Of a stretch of DNA of 64,000 bases, positions 1-12,112 are shown in pieces. Every line of letters starts with the position of its first letter. The stretch's first letter is position 1. Made by a program: the position numbers and the translations under genes. Location of the stretch: positions 75,888,001 to 75,952,000 of the forward strand of contig OZ024745.1 in NCBI GenBank assembly GCA_964016885.1. Reading direction: 5' to 3'. This stretch comes from Eledone cirrhosa (taxonomy: Eukaryota). The notes under the pieces are model-generated. The model saw only the letters and a list, made by a program, of their open reading frames with translations, was not told where the DNA came from and made no database searches.

Positions 1-207
1 ATTAAATTATAATAATACTTCAAATTGACAATAAACTGGAATTTTGTATTCATAGCCTCACTTTCGTAGTCTGCTTGCTATTTCCAACACTATGAAGAAT
101 CGAAATTGTTGAGGAATGTATCTTTAAATATATCTATTCGATATATTTGATTATACTCTCCACATACTTCAATCTCCATACACATCTTTTAAAGCAAAAG
201 CTTTTTA

Positions 208-960
208 GGTATTATTATAGAACACCCCCAAACTATTTCAGTGTGAAAAAAATGTTCCTCTTTTTTTTCGTGTGCTATCAACTAATCTAACCTCCAAGAT
301 TCTGCAGACAACTTTTTTCCCGGAGAATGCAAAGTGGTGGGGTGCATCTCCTCTTCATCGAAGTTTTCCTTACGATTTTTTTTTTTTGCGTCTTATCAAT
401 GAATATGACCTCCAAACCAGTCGTAAACAACTAGATTCGTAGGTGTGGAGGGGGGGGGGGGGGGATAAGACTATCGGAGTTTCGCAGATCTACACACCTC
501 TTGTATTTGGTGGAAAATAATTATCTTTCCTTGTTTTTTTTCTCGACCTCTTAGATGCTGGCAATTGACTTTTTTTCCCCCTACTAGGTTTAAGGTTCGT
601 GTTTTTGTTTTCAGGAGGAAAAAGTTGATTGCAAGCATCTAAGAGGTTCAGAAAAAAAAACAAGATGATTATTTCCCACCAAGAGGTGTGTAGATCTGCG
701 AAACTCCAATGGCCTTTTCGCCCCCTTTCACCCTACTTTTTCTACAAATCTCGCCGTTTCCGACTTGTTTGAGGGTCCTACTCGTTGATAACACGCGAAA
801 AAGTCGTAGGGAAAACTCCTAGGTGGGGGGAACCCCACCACACCCACCCGTTCCCCGGGAAAAAAGTCGATTGCCAGAATCTTGGATGTTAGATTAGTTG
901 ATAGCACACGAAAAAAAATTTCCTACACTGAAATCGAGTGGGGTGTACTATAAATTTACC
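208..960. mobile_element. Non-autonomous palindromic DNA transposon (Merlin-like MITE)
   Basis: Long imperfect TIRs with GG...CC termini; 8-bp TSD gcttttta (200-207) / gcttttca (961-968). Sister copies at 13790 and 58130. Confidence 0.75.
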
Positions 961-1050
961 GCTTTTCATATGGATGTCTATGAAAATTTACGTTACTGTT
1001 AGTTTGGTTAGCGTTAAGATTCCGGGGGTTGGGGGGGGGGGGGGGCCTTT

Positions 1051-1300
1051 ATAATAATAATGAAATTATTGTGTACAGTGCTCAGGTGCACTACAACTCA
1101 TCAAAGGTACATGTATAGTACATAGAATAATGTACAAATGTCAGGAAAGTGAACAGTGTATGAGTCATGGTATACACACAGTAGTGTTGATGAATTTCAG
1201 GAAGCATGGAGGTTTTAAAGGATGCAGTGTCTTGGCAGCTAACAACTAATGCAGGTAGTTTGTTCCATGCTTCAGCAACTCTGAGCACGAAAATCATGGA
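1051..1300 (-). mobile_element. CR1-type LINE 3' fragment
   Basis: Minus-strand peptide FVLRVAEAWNKLP...SFK matches the CR1 ORF2 C-terminus; 3' stem-loop gtgcacctgagcac and (ATT)n tail. Confidence 0.7.
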
Positions 1301-1559
1301 AAAGTTTTTTTTCAGTTTACAGTTTATCTCAGATACAACTTAGCTTTCTGAAGTTCATTTAAGAAACACATTTGAACGTGATTCCTAATACAGTAAGTTG
1401 AAAATCTTTGAATAACAGATTATCCATGCAATCTGTGCGGGATTGAACCATTGGCGAATAAATCTGTGACCTATGTAAGCTTGCTTACTGAGGAAGGTGA
1501 GTGAGCATTGGACACTTTACAGAACAAAAAAAAAAAACCTGTCGAGAATTCAGATGAAC

Positions 1560-2110
1560 TCAAGTGAGTCAACAGCCATCTACCACCTCAAATGGATGGA
1601 GATGCATCAAACTGTGGACATCTACTTTGCAGTGTGTGATGAAAGTTGACCTGGAAAGGCAACTGAATATCACTCAGTCAATGTTGAAACCAGACACCAT
1701 CTTGGTGTTAAGACAACTCGTTCTAGTGGAACTGACCATTGCTTGGGGGAGAGAATGGAGGAGGCACAGGCGGGGAAGAAAGAAAAATACCAGGGGTTAG
1801 TGAAGGACCAGGTGCATGTCAGTAGAGGTTGACAGCTAAGGGTTTTGCAGCTCATTCCTTTAGTAAAGCCTATGGAACTCTTGGCATTACAGAAGCAAAG
1901 AGAAGGTTAGCCTTAAAAACACTGTGGAAGCAGCAGAGAGGGCATCTAGATAGCTATGGCTAAAGAGAAGTGACTGCTCTGGTCAGTTTGACACTGACTA
2001 AAGCTTGATCAACCTCAATTGGGTTACCTGGATGAGGATGTATGAACACCCAATAACTCCAGGATACAACACTGATGATTTGTCCAAAATTTTGCATCTG
2101 TAGATGTATG
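1560..2110 (+). mobile_element. Degenerate HERO-like (RLE endonuclease) non-LTR retrotransposon 3' end
   Basis: Peptide LKPDTIL...LVLVELTIAW matches the PD-(D/E)xK RLE motif LRPDIV..LIELTVPWE; HERO-like 3' UTR (ccaggatacaacactgatgat). Confidence 0.65.
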
Positions 2111-3216
2111 GAGAACTAGTATATCTTGGCCTATCTTGGATCGATATTGCCCTGTTACTAATGATTACACTAGCTACTCCATCTCGCGAAACAAAAGCAA
2201 AGAATTTACTAAGATGTAAAAAAGCATGTCTTTATCTAGCTCTGTGGGATGTCAGAACATTGTTAAATACTCTCAGGTCTTGACTTGAATAATCGTCCTC
2301 CCACGACTTATTAATTTTTAAAATTTGGTCCCCCTCCCCTGCCCCACCACACTTATAGAATTTAAGGAAATGTCCAACCCCCCTGCTTATAAGAATTTAA
2401 GAAAATGTCTATCCCACCCCAGGCCCTATTATTTAGGACCTGGAAGTAGATGAATTAGTAGAGGTGTACTGCACTCATGGTACTGGTGCTGGAAAGATAC
2501 AGCATTGATATAGCTATCCTTTGGGAGATTGTCATAACATGGCAATATCAAGGATATGGAGTAAGTTTGCCCCAATTAATTGGTAAATAATCAATATCAC
2601 CCATTTTGCCGATTAATTGATTTTGATAATTGGAAATTATTGTCTTGGAGCAAGAAAACCATGGGGAATGGAGAAATTTGGAAAACATGCTGGATTCAAC
2701 ATATAGAAACACATCAGAAATATATTTCCTATGATGCCAATCCCTTTAATACAGCTCTGTTCCTAGTGCTTGAACACACTGATCTACACAACTGGAAGTT
2801 ACTTGTGGCTGCCCAAGAGGCATAACTCCCTGTTGGTTAAAGGGTGTCAAAGTAGAAGAGATATTCATATGTTAGGCTATATGTTTAACTGATCTTTTCA
2901 AAAGGAATTAATTTTTTAATTATAAAGATTCCAATTACAGGTATTCAAAAAATTTGTAGTAATAATGACTCCTGTTATCTTAACTTACTTAAACAAAAAA
3001 TAAAATTTGTTTATCTAATTTAAGAACTTGTAAATTATAATGTCAAACATCAAAATTTTTCCATTTTCTGTTACTTCCTGCAGTAAAATCAGATTAATTT
3101 TGTCATCATATTCTCTCAAATACTAGCAACATAATTATGATTAATTATCAAATATCATAATATATTACTTAGAATTAATTATAATGCACATTTCATATCA
3201 CAATATATATAATTAC

Positions 3217-3480
3217 ATCATCATTTTCACCATCTTACGGCCGTTTTTCGATACTTCATTGGTTGGACAGGTCTTTTTTAGCACAGTCTCTCCACTCATC
3301 ATAGTCCATCATTTCTTCTGTGAGCTTCAGCAACTTGCGATCAGCTCTCACAAACTCTACACAGGTCTTCCTTGATTTTCTACTGCAGCTTCCTTCCACT
3401 GGGATTTCTTGGCACTTCTTCACCCAGCAATCATCATCCATGCACATCACCTGTCCATACCTATGCAATTTTCTCTCTTT
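3217..3480 (-). mobile_element. RTE LINE 3' fragment (old)
   Basis: Peptide YGQVMCMDDDCWVKKCQEIPVEG, homologous to the RTE C-terminus at 27622-27843; GAT tail. Confidence 0.75.
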
Positions 3481-3499
3481 TACACTAGGAATTGTTTGA

Positions 3500-4560
3500 G
3501 AAATAACGAAACCAGAGAGTATAAATACAAAGTGGTCCTTGTTTTGACCACAGCTAGGACAGTGCTTGGGAAACTAACAAGGAAGCATCAAGACTGGTAT
3601 TAGAGCAATACAAAAAGCTTGACAAAAATGCTTCCTGGCTCCTCAAATTCATTCAAATTCAAACTCTGTTCATTTCAGAGAAGTTAGGTGTACCACAAGG
3701 TGAAGTTTGAGTAGTGGGAAAACAAAACAAACTACAAACTGCTGCTGATTTCACTAACATGGGCAGTTTCTATACATGGACTTCAAAAGAAGGTGCCACT
3801 CAACTGAATTCAGCTAATGGTTCCAGGAAAAAGGACTAATATTCAACTGTTTTGCAGAGCAATTCCTTGAAGTGCTGAATGGAGCAAGGAATGTCTAGAG
3901 AGAAACCCTTGTAAATGTGACGCATCACACTTTACTTTTATGTCAAAGGACAATTGTCCAATTGTAGTGGACATGCTGGTTGTAAGTCATACTACTATTA
4001 ATTCACTGGACAATTGACCAATTATAGTGGATGCATTGGTTGTAAGATGCCATGAGTAAGCAGGATACCAACAGAGGTGTAGAAAAATGGAGGAGATAAA
4101 CTCATTAGATGTCTTACCAGTTGACACTGGAATCATGGGATGGCAGAAATGTCTCACAAGTTACAAAAGATACAACTTGCACCATTTCCATATTCCGGAA
4201 AGGGGATATGAATGAATGTAGGAATTATAAAGGTTTTTTTCTACTTGTTATAGTGAAAAAGATCCATACAAGGGTGTTGCTCAATAGTCCATGTAAATAA
4301 GATCACTATAGTTCTGCCTGAAACTGAGTGTAGGATCAGAAAAGAAATAAACCTTGTTGCAATGGTGTTCTCTCTTTCTCAGATCAAGGATAAATGTGTG
4401 CAACAGAGCAAGGCACTGCATATGGTCTTTATTGACTTCATGAAATTGGTTTAGCCTGTAACAGGCACTCAGATGGTCAGATGACATGAGCGCTTGTGTT
4501 ATACAATTGCACTCCCAGTCTGCACAATTTGATGTTACAGTAGTGCTTACACAGATCTGT
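3500..4560 (+). mobile_element. Degenerate RTE/BovB-like LINE internal fragment
   Basis: Motif IFRKGDMNECRNYKG..LL..VKKIHTRVLLN (RT domain N-terminal part); many stops and frameshifts. Confidence 0.55.
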
Positions 4561-4653
4561 TTACGACCACCTACATTATTCTGCAACTCAACTGAAAGTT
4601 TATACATACAGGTAAGACTTAAATGCTAAGACTATGTTAGTAAGAAAATATAA

Positions 4654-4885
4654 GGGCAGCAGTGGATTGGCAGTATCGGTAGAGTGTCGGACAACATGCT
4701 TTGTAGCATAGAGCCATGGCCCTATACGTTCTGAGTTCAAATCCCGCCGAGGTTAGCTTTGCCTTTCATCCTTACAGGATTGATAAAATAAAGTACCAGT
4801 AATGAATGTACTGGTCAATTTAATCGACTTTCCCTTTCCCTAAAAATTGTTGTCCTTGTGCTAAATCAGAAACCATTATAAATAA
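4654..4885 (+). mobile_element. tRNA-derived SINE with Meta-like central domain
   Basis: B-box GTTCAAATCC, core gcctttcatcc..gataaaataaagtaccag, (ATT)n tail. Related copies at ~9152-9340(-), ~16455-16650(+), ~52828-53045(+), ~55525-55645(-). Confidence 0.75.
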
Positions 4886-5040
4886 TAGTCTTTTCAAACC
4901 TTTCTTTAAATTTAAAGAATACATTTGTTTCTTCATTATTCTACCAAAGTCCATCAAATGGGGCTATTGCAATTATCATTTTCTTATTATATTTTTTCAA
5001 TAGTATGTACTTTGTAATTGTTCCAGCCGTTTTCATTTAA

Positions 5041-5260
5041 CCCTTTACCATTTACATTACACTATATTTACTACTATATTTTCATGGTAAAGGCTTTACC
5101 TTATATAATTATCTCACATAATATAGAATCTATGAAATTTTGATATTATTTATGTTGAGAACAATAACTTAGCATCTATATGAGTAGCCAGTTTCGGCGG
5201 GTTTGAACAGAAATAGGTTAGAAATTCTGGCCAGATATGGACAGTTTAAATGCTAAAGGG
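5041..5260. mobile_element. piggyBac-type MITE
   Basis: TTAA|CCCTTT...AAAGGG|TTAA termini. Sister copies at 55081-55260 (opposite orientation) and ~61900-62082. Confidence 0.75.
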
Positions 5261-6463
5261 TTAATATGTTTTGGCTTCTAATTAGCTTTGACTGTAATTC
5301 ACTGTTGTGTCAATCTGAAGCAATAACCAGATGTATTTTCTTTTAATATGGTGCAATATTAACAATTGTTGCAGCTTTTATTCTTGCACTTGACAGGTTT
5401 TCTGCTATTTAGGTAATTAAGTGTCTCCTATTATAATAATTGTTTTTACTTTTGACACAAGGCCAGCAATTTCCCAGTACATTACTGGTACTTTATTTTA
5501 TCATACACTTAAAGGACAAAATAAAAAAAAATGTTATTTAATTAGATTTTCTCATTCTTACTTTGGCTAGTATAGTGAAGTCTATGTTTAGCTGTGCTCT
5601 AATAAAACATGCTCATTGCTGTCTCCCATTCTTGTTGAAATGATTAAGACAAAATTAATCATTGAGCTTAAAGTTGTCTTTTCTCCTTCACGTAAGTATT
5701 TTTAATTACGTATTTACTGTCCATTGTATTAAATATGGCAACATTAACTTCTTTATTGATTCATGATTTAAGCTTCTACTTTATATAGAAAGAGTGGCAG
5801 TCTTTACTAAAATATAGCAGCAAATAAAGCATTCAACAGAGTATATTGGAGGATACTAAATAGCAATTATTGCTGCTGTTTTTTAGCCCCAAATCAAGAA
5901 GCTTTATGAACAAAAGCATTCTAGCTGATCATTAACCAATATGTCTTTCCTTTTTGTCAAAGATGCAGAGTAAGATTTCAGAGAAATTTGGTTGCTTTTC
6001 CCAGCAGGTCATGACAGCATGTAGAATCTCCTCCATTAATGGATATATGAAGAAAGTTCTAGTGGGATATAGCCTATGGAGAGGAAAGTATGGGCATAAT
6101 TCTCAGTGGTTGTTTTATAATGTATGATGGTATGTATATGGGTATCAGCTACATTGGGATCGATTCAATCAACTTTCCCTTCCCTCAAAATTGTGGCCTT
6201 TCTGTAAGTGTAAAGATCAAATTAAAAGATAAATACTTCCATTTTTTAATTATTGAATGTAAAAATTAAATTTGAAAATAATAATCAGCAAGTGGAATAA
6301 TAATCAGCACTTGGAAATATTGGTTAAAATATTGTTTGACCAAATAATTGAGACTTCATGAACTCAAATTTACTATCTCAATTAGATCTCTTATATCCTT
6401 CCAAAACAATCTTCGGATTTCAATGTTTTGAACATCATAGATCCCGATTGAAATAGAAAGTTC

Positions 6464-6495
<32 letters not shown>

Positions 6496-6496
6496 T

Positions 6497-7510
6497 TATT
6501 AAAATAACAGATTAAAGTTTAAGCAAAGAATCGCTGCTTTCACCCTTAACGGGATCTTCTGAAACTAACAAAGTCAATCTGTGAACGCAGAAGTAAATAT
6601 TTTCAAAAACGTTGCAACCGGAGGAAGACAGGAAGACGATACTTTGGTTCGTAGAAACGTTCCCTGGCAAAGAACAGAAAAAAATGAATATAATACGTCA
6701 TTATTTGGAGCGGTGAAAAACAATTACACGCAAAGACAAAACCACGTTTATGGTATAAAAGAAGTTGTAGACTAATATTCTATTAGGTGGTTCATGGAGA
6801 CGTTCTCTGGCAATGAACGGAAAAAACGAAGATAATACGTCATATATGGAACGTGGAGAACAATTGCATGCAAAGACAAAACCACGTAAATGGTATAGCA
6901 GAAGTCGTAGACTAAAATTCTAACTAGGAAACCGAATGATTCTCGGCTTCAGAGTTAAGAATAAAGCAAAAAAATACAGAGGTAATTGAAATTAAATAAA
7001 TACATACACGCATCCATATACGTACATACACAAGCATACGCGAAAACACTCACCATAGATATACAAATACACACACGTACACCCCCCCCCCAAAAAAAAA
7101 CCCGCACACACATACAGAACCCCCGCAACGCCTGTACCTCCACGCATACGAATGTATACACCAAATACATATAAAAATATATATAAAAAAAAATATATAT
7201 ATATGTGTGTGTGTGTGTGTGCGTGTATACATATAATTAAATAAACATATATAAATAAATAAATACGTATATAACAAGCGCACACACATACCTACATGTA
7301 AATACACATATGTTCAGAGACGTACGTCAACCAAAACACAAAGTACACATATTCACACACCCTACATACGTACAAACCCGCATACTCATACAGACGCAAA
7401 ACTCATGTATACACATAACCATATGTACCAGAATATATAATATATACGCCATAACATATACAATCAAATATACGTACGAGAAAGTATACGTACCTTCACA
7501 AAACATACAG

Positions 7511-7515
<5 letters not shown>
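6497..7515 (-). mobile_element. Naiad (Penelope-like) 3' UTR/pLTR fragment
   Basis: Colinear and highly similar to 30893-31780, the 3' region of the Naiad element; contains the same ~130-bp internal duplication; flanked by (TA)n. Confidence 0.85.
6516..6566 (-). ncRNA. Type I hammerhead ribozyme, U4A variant
   Basis: Identical to the 30911-30961 copy: agttt-CAGAAGA-t ccc gttaa ggg t-GAAA-gca...tgct-t-aaact. Confidence 0.65.
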
Positions 7516-7551
<36 letters not shown>

Positions 7552-7558
7552 ACAACAT

Positions 7559-7607
<49 letters not shown>

Positions 7608-7611
<4 letters not shown>

Positions 7612-7997
7612 ACAACATCCAGGCCGAAACAAACGAGATCGTGTAGGTGTCACGACAAAAAAACACACAGTCCACGCTGTAATGTGACCGTGTAGGCAAC
7701 ACGGTAAAAACCTCCCAGTCCCACACTGTAAATGTGGTTGGTGTTAGGAAGGGCATCCAGCTGTAGAAAACACGCCAGACAGTCCACGCTGTAATATGGC
7801 CGTGTAGGCAACACGGTAAAAACCTCCCAGCCCCACACTGTAAATGTGGTTGGTGTTAGGAAGGGCATCCAGCTGTAGAAAACCCGCCAGACAGTCCTAT
7901 GCGAGTAAGACAACTACTCTTGCCTCAAGTGGGAAAACCCCCGTCCAAACCCATGCAAGCGTGGAACAGGGACGTTAAACGATGATGATGATGATGA
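7608..7997 (+). mobile_element. 5'-truncated RTE family C 3' UTR (with internal tandem duplication)
   Basis: Matches the 3' UTR at 23035-23310(-); ends ccaaacccatgcaagcgtggaac...(GAT)n; (TA)n on both sides. Confidence 0.8.
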
Positions 7998-8004
7998 TAT
8001 ATAT

Positions 8005-8833
8005 ATTATATATACATAAATGGCAATTTCTGTCTGTTTGTTTGTTTGTGAACCTAAAACTCAAAATCTACCAAACCGATCTTGATGAAACTTGACACGT
8101 GTGTGGGGCTCATGCCCATTTGATTTCTTACGTATATTTCATTTTAATCAAAGGGATCCCCGGGGATTCATACCCCCGCTTAATTCTTTCCCTTCAATTT
8201 ATATGAAATTTAAACCATAGGTAAATGACAAGATATGATGCCTATTCACAAAATTTAAGCAAATTTCAATAATATTAAGACACCCTAATGGGGGTTTAAC
8301 CTCCTATAGTGAAAGTTTTGGCCAATAAATGGAACAAGATTTCACAAACTCTTCCTGTGGTTTGGGAGATAGACCCCCCCCCCCCTAACCATATATATAT
8401 ATATTCTGAAACTACATTGAGCAGGGTAGTTGGATAAGTATATTTTATTTTAATCAAAGGGGTCCGCTGGGGGCACAAAACCCCTACTGAAAATTGTTTC
8501 CTTTCGATTTATATGAAATTTAAACCATAGGTAAATAACAAGATATGATGCCTATTCACAAAATTTCAGCAAATTTCAATAATATTAAGACACCCTAATG
8601 GGGGTTTTATTTTTTTCCTTATAGCAATACTCAACTTCTCTGACAAACATTTTTTCGCCCGACCAATGTAATCAACAATATTTGTTTGTATCATTGTTTT
8701 GTAAATGAATTTGTCTTCGCTTTTGATTATCTGTCCTATATTTTGATTTCATTTTTGGTCTGAGAAGCATTGGGCAATTTAATGAGAACTGGGAATACCC
8801 CTGCTCCCGTGTATTACCGGGTACCTCAGCTAG
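8005..8833 (+). mobile_element. Non-autonomous Helitron
   Basis: 5' tatatacataaa + (TGTT)n + accgatcttgatgaaac; internal ~170-bp direct repeat (8135-8296 / 8440-8606); 3' hairpin cccgtgtattaccggg followed by CTAG|T at 8830-8833. Confidence 0.7.
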
Positions 8834-9066
8834 TATATATATATATAAGCACACATCTTACAAAACACTATGGTGTAGGATAGAACAAAGGAGAGACACA
8901 AAATAACAAATTCGTCACTGAGAAGGCCATAGAATGTGTAACAAAAAAGCTTTGACTCTAAAAAAATAAACAACCATCCAGTTGTTAAACTAACCAACTG
9001 GAAATTTACAATAAATTGAAGGTGCATGTGTTTTTATTGGTTGGGATTTTATACATCCCCCTCTCT

Positions 9067-9137
<71 letters not shown>

Positions 9138-9605
9138 TATAATAATAATAATAATTGTTTCTACTTTTGACACAAGGCCAGCAATTACCCAGTACATTAG
9201 TGGTACTTTATTTTATCTACCCCGTAAGGATGAAAGGCAAAGTTAACCTTGGCGGGATTTGAACTCAGACCGTAAAGGGACGTAACTATGCTGGAAAGCA
9301 TGGCGTCTGACCTTCTACTGATACTGCCAATCCCCCATAATAATAAGTATGGTACCAGGAAAAGCAGAAAGAAGTGCTCAGAAGGAGAAATTTATTGAGT
9401 GCTCAATCTCTAACATATGTTTCTGTACAATTACGTAACAGTCTACATGCGCTGACTGCACAGTCCAATGCCCAATCAATGGTACGCCTTGCAAGAAACT
9501 CGTAGAAAAAAATATTTGGTAAGCAATCTTCCATACTTATTTTGTTTGGTTTGCGCATTTGATCTACACAAACGAAATTTAATTTGACTAATTTGACTTA
9601 AGTAT

Positions 9606-9921
9606 GAGTACAAGCCGAAGCCGAAGCATATAGACAATATGCCCCCACCGCTCCCACTGTAAAGTGGTCGTGGAGGTGTCATGACAAAAAAACACCCAGC
9701 CCACACTGTAAAGTGGTCGTGTAGGTGCCTCGGAAAAAAGCACCCAGCACTCACTGTAAATGAGGTTGGTGTTAGGAAGGGCATCCAGCTGTAGAAATAA
9801 AGCCCAAATCAGTTCCCGTAGAGCAACACAAGGTCACCCGGCCTGGCAGTGCCTACAACAGGACAACCCGTCTAACCCATGCTAGCGTGGAAGAATGGAT
9901 GTAAAACGGTGATGATGATGT
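9606..9921 (+). mobile_element. 5'-truncated RTE family B 3' UTR
   Basis: Matches 33481-33750(-); tail acccgtctaacccatgctagcgtgg...(GAT)n. Confidence 0.8.
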
Positions 9922-9996
9922 TATATATATGGAAAGAGTCAGGACCCCGGCGGCTGAGCTCCAGAGTACTCAATACTTAAGGTAGTAGAGTGGGAA

Positions 9997-10109
9997 ATAG
10001 GAAAAAATATGACCCCCGACGGCAGAGCTCAAGCCGTTTCGACGGCTATTTCCTGAAATAGCCGTCGAAACGGCTTGAGCTCTGCCGTCGGGGTCATACT
10101 TTTTCCTAT
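9997..10109. repeat. Near-perfect ~55-bp-arm hairpin containing half of a hammerhead core
   Basis: Arms pair around a CT loop at 10053-10054. Each strand carries GAAAC-GGC-loop-GCC-GTC followed by a GGGG(G)TCA arm. Confidence 0.9.
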
Positions 10110-10607
10110 ATATATATATATAGTTATGTAATAAACAACATAAGGCAATTATTCCATTTACCAGTGGTTTCTTAAAAGCAAAAACTTTTGCTTTCAATCA
10201 TCAGAATGAAAAAATCCTTTTAATTAAAAAAAAAGATTGAAACTTTTATTGGCAATTTAACGAACTTGTTTTATTCCGACGATAGAATTTAGCCATATTG
10301 TAATAAGAAATAAAGATATTTCAATTTCAGTTATTTTTTTTTTACGTATTTAGATGAACCTGTTTAAATGTCCTAAATATTAAAACTGGAAGAAAGCGGC
10401 GTAATTAGAATTAGGAACAGCAATAACAGGAAATGCAAAGTTCTAACTTGGCTTTCCTGAATCACCGAAACGAACGAATAAGTTATGTTTGAGTCTTAGA
10501 TTTCTGAATTGATATGAAGTGATGAAATAAAGCGAGAACAAAATCTTATGAAAAGATATATATATACACACACACGTATATATATATATATACAAACACT
10601 CACACAC

Positions 10608-10667
<60 letters not shown>

Positions 10668-10781
10668 GTGTGTGTGTATATATATATCTTTTCATAAGAT
10701 TTTGTTCGAGAACAAAATCTTATGAAAAGATATATATATATACACACACACGTATATATATATATACAAACACTCACACAC

Positions 10782-10826
<45 letters not shown>

Positions 10827-10949
10827 GGAGGTGAGTTTTATTGTAGTACAATAAAGCAATGCAGATATCGGATAAGAAGCACTCTACAGTTTGTAGGACT
10901 GGAGTATAAATAATATATAAGATCAAAAGATGGTTAAAAGAGTTCCATG

Positions 10950-11020
10950 TATTTTATTATGCGCATTTCAAAAACAAATATCATCATGCAATAACATTTG
11001 CGTTTTCGTCAGATAAAATA
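10950..11020 (-). ncRNA. Type I hammerhead ribozyme (mirror copy)
   Basis: Reverse complement of 11201-11271 with one change in the stem II loop. Confidence 0.85.
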
Positions 11021-11200
11021 GGGAGACATGATATGAAGGTTAAAATACACTTGTGAATAGTGCAGTTTTAAATCAACATATGAAAACTACTTTTTTTTTA
11101 ATAGTGCAGTTTTAAATCAACATATGAAAACTACTTTTCATATGTTGATTTAAAACTGCACTATTCACAAGTGTATTTTAACCTTCATATCATGTCTCCC

Positions 11201-11271
11201 TATTTTATCTGACGAAAACGCAAATGTTATTGTATGATGATATTTGTTTTTGAAATGCGCATAATAAAATA
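11201..11271 (+). ncRNA. Type I hammerhead ribozyme
   Basis: Stem I tattttat/ataaaata (8 bp), core CTGACGA, long G.U-rich stem II, GAAA, palindromic stem III ATGCGCAT, AUA cleavage site after 11263. Confidence 0.85.
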
Positions 11272-11301
11272 CATGGAACTCTATTAACCATCTTTTGATC
11301 T

Positions 11302-11343
<42 letters not shown>

Positions 11344-11959
11344 GTCTGTGAGTGTATATATATATCTATATACGTGTGTGTTTATATATATATATCTTTT
11401 CATAAGATTTTGTTCTCGCTTTATTTCATCACTTCATATCAATTCAGAAATCTAAGACTCAAACATAACTTATTCGTTCGTTTCGGTGATTCAGGAAAGC
11501 CAAGTTAGAACTTTGCATTTCCTGTTATTGCTGTTCCTAATTCTAATTACGCCGCTTTCTTCCAGTTTTAATATTTAGGACATTTACACAGGTTCATCTA
11601 AATACGTAAAAAAAAATAACTGAAATTGAAATGTCTTTATTTCTTATTACAATATGGCTAAATTCTATCGTCGGAATAAAACAAGTTCGTTAAATTGCCA
11701 ATAAAAGTTTCAATTTTTTTTTTAATTAAAACAAAATTTTTTTTTATCCCCAGGGAACTATAAAATGAAATTAGATACAAATGTTTCTTTGAATATTACT
11801 AATAATAAATAATCATGAAAAAAGAAAAATATTAAAAGTAGGCCAGTATAATAACTTAGAAAAATATAAACTTATTTTCTCTTTATTAAACGAACTGACA
11901 ACATGACCATTCTCAAATAGAACTTTTAAATGCTTTTTATATGATGAATTCTCGTAGAA

Positions 11960-12112
11960 TATGAAATCTCGGACACGTGACTGTAATTTCAACAGCGGTG
12001 TAACGCCATTGTACCAAGATTTAATCATCCCGCTCCTTAACTATCCAGGAGTTTACCATTATTAATATATATTAAAATTTCACGTTTTGTCTTCTTTTGG
12101 AAAAAAATACAG
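11960..12112 (+). promoter_or_regulatory. Candidate promoter / non-coding first exon, possibly of UBC9
   Basis: TE-free, CpG-retaining stretch with an E-box (CACGTG ~11973) and a YY1-like GCCATT (~12005), ending in a strong donor CAG|GTAAGA at 12113. The UBC9 ATG exon has an acceptor 8 nt before the ATG, so an upstream exon is required. The link between the two is inferred. Confidence 0.4.

Larger units (their letters stand above)
10218..11731. repeat. ~1.5-kb inverted duplication (palindrome), centre ~11131
   Basis: 10218-10600 is the reverse complement of ~11340-11731, and 10910-11090 of 11135-11310. A few substitutions separate the arms; a ~34-bp direct duplication sits at the centre. Confidence 0.95.
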
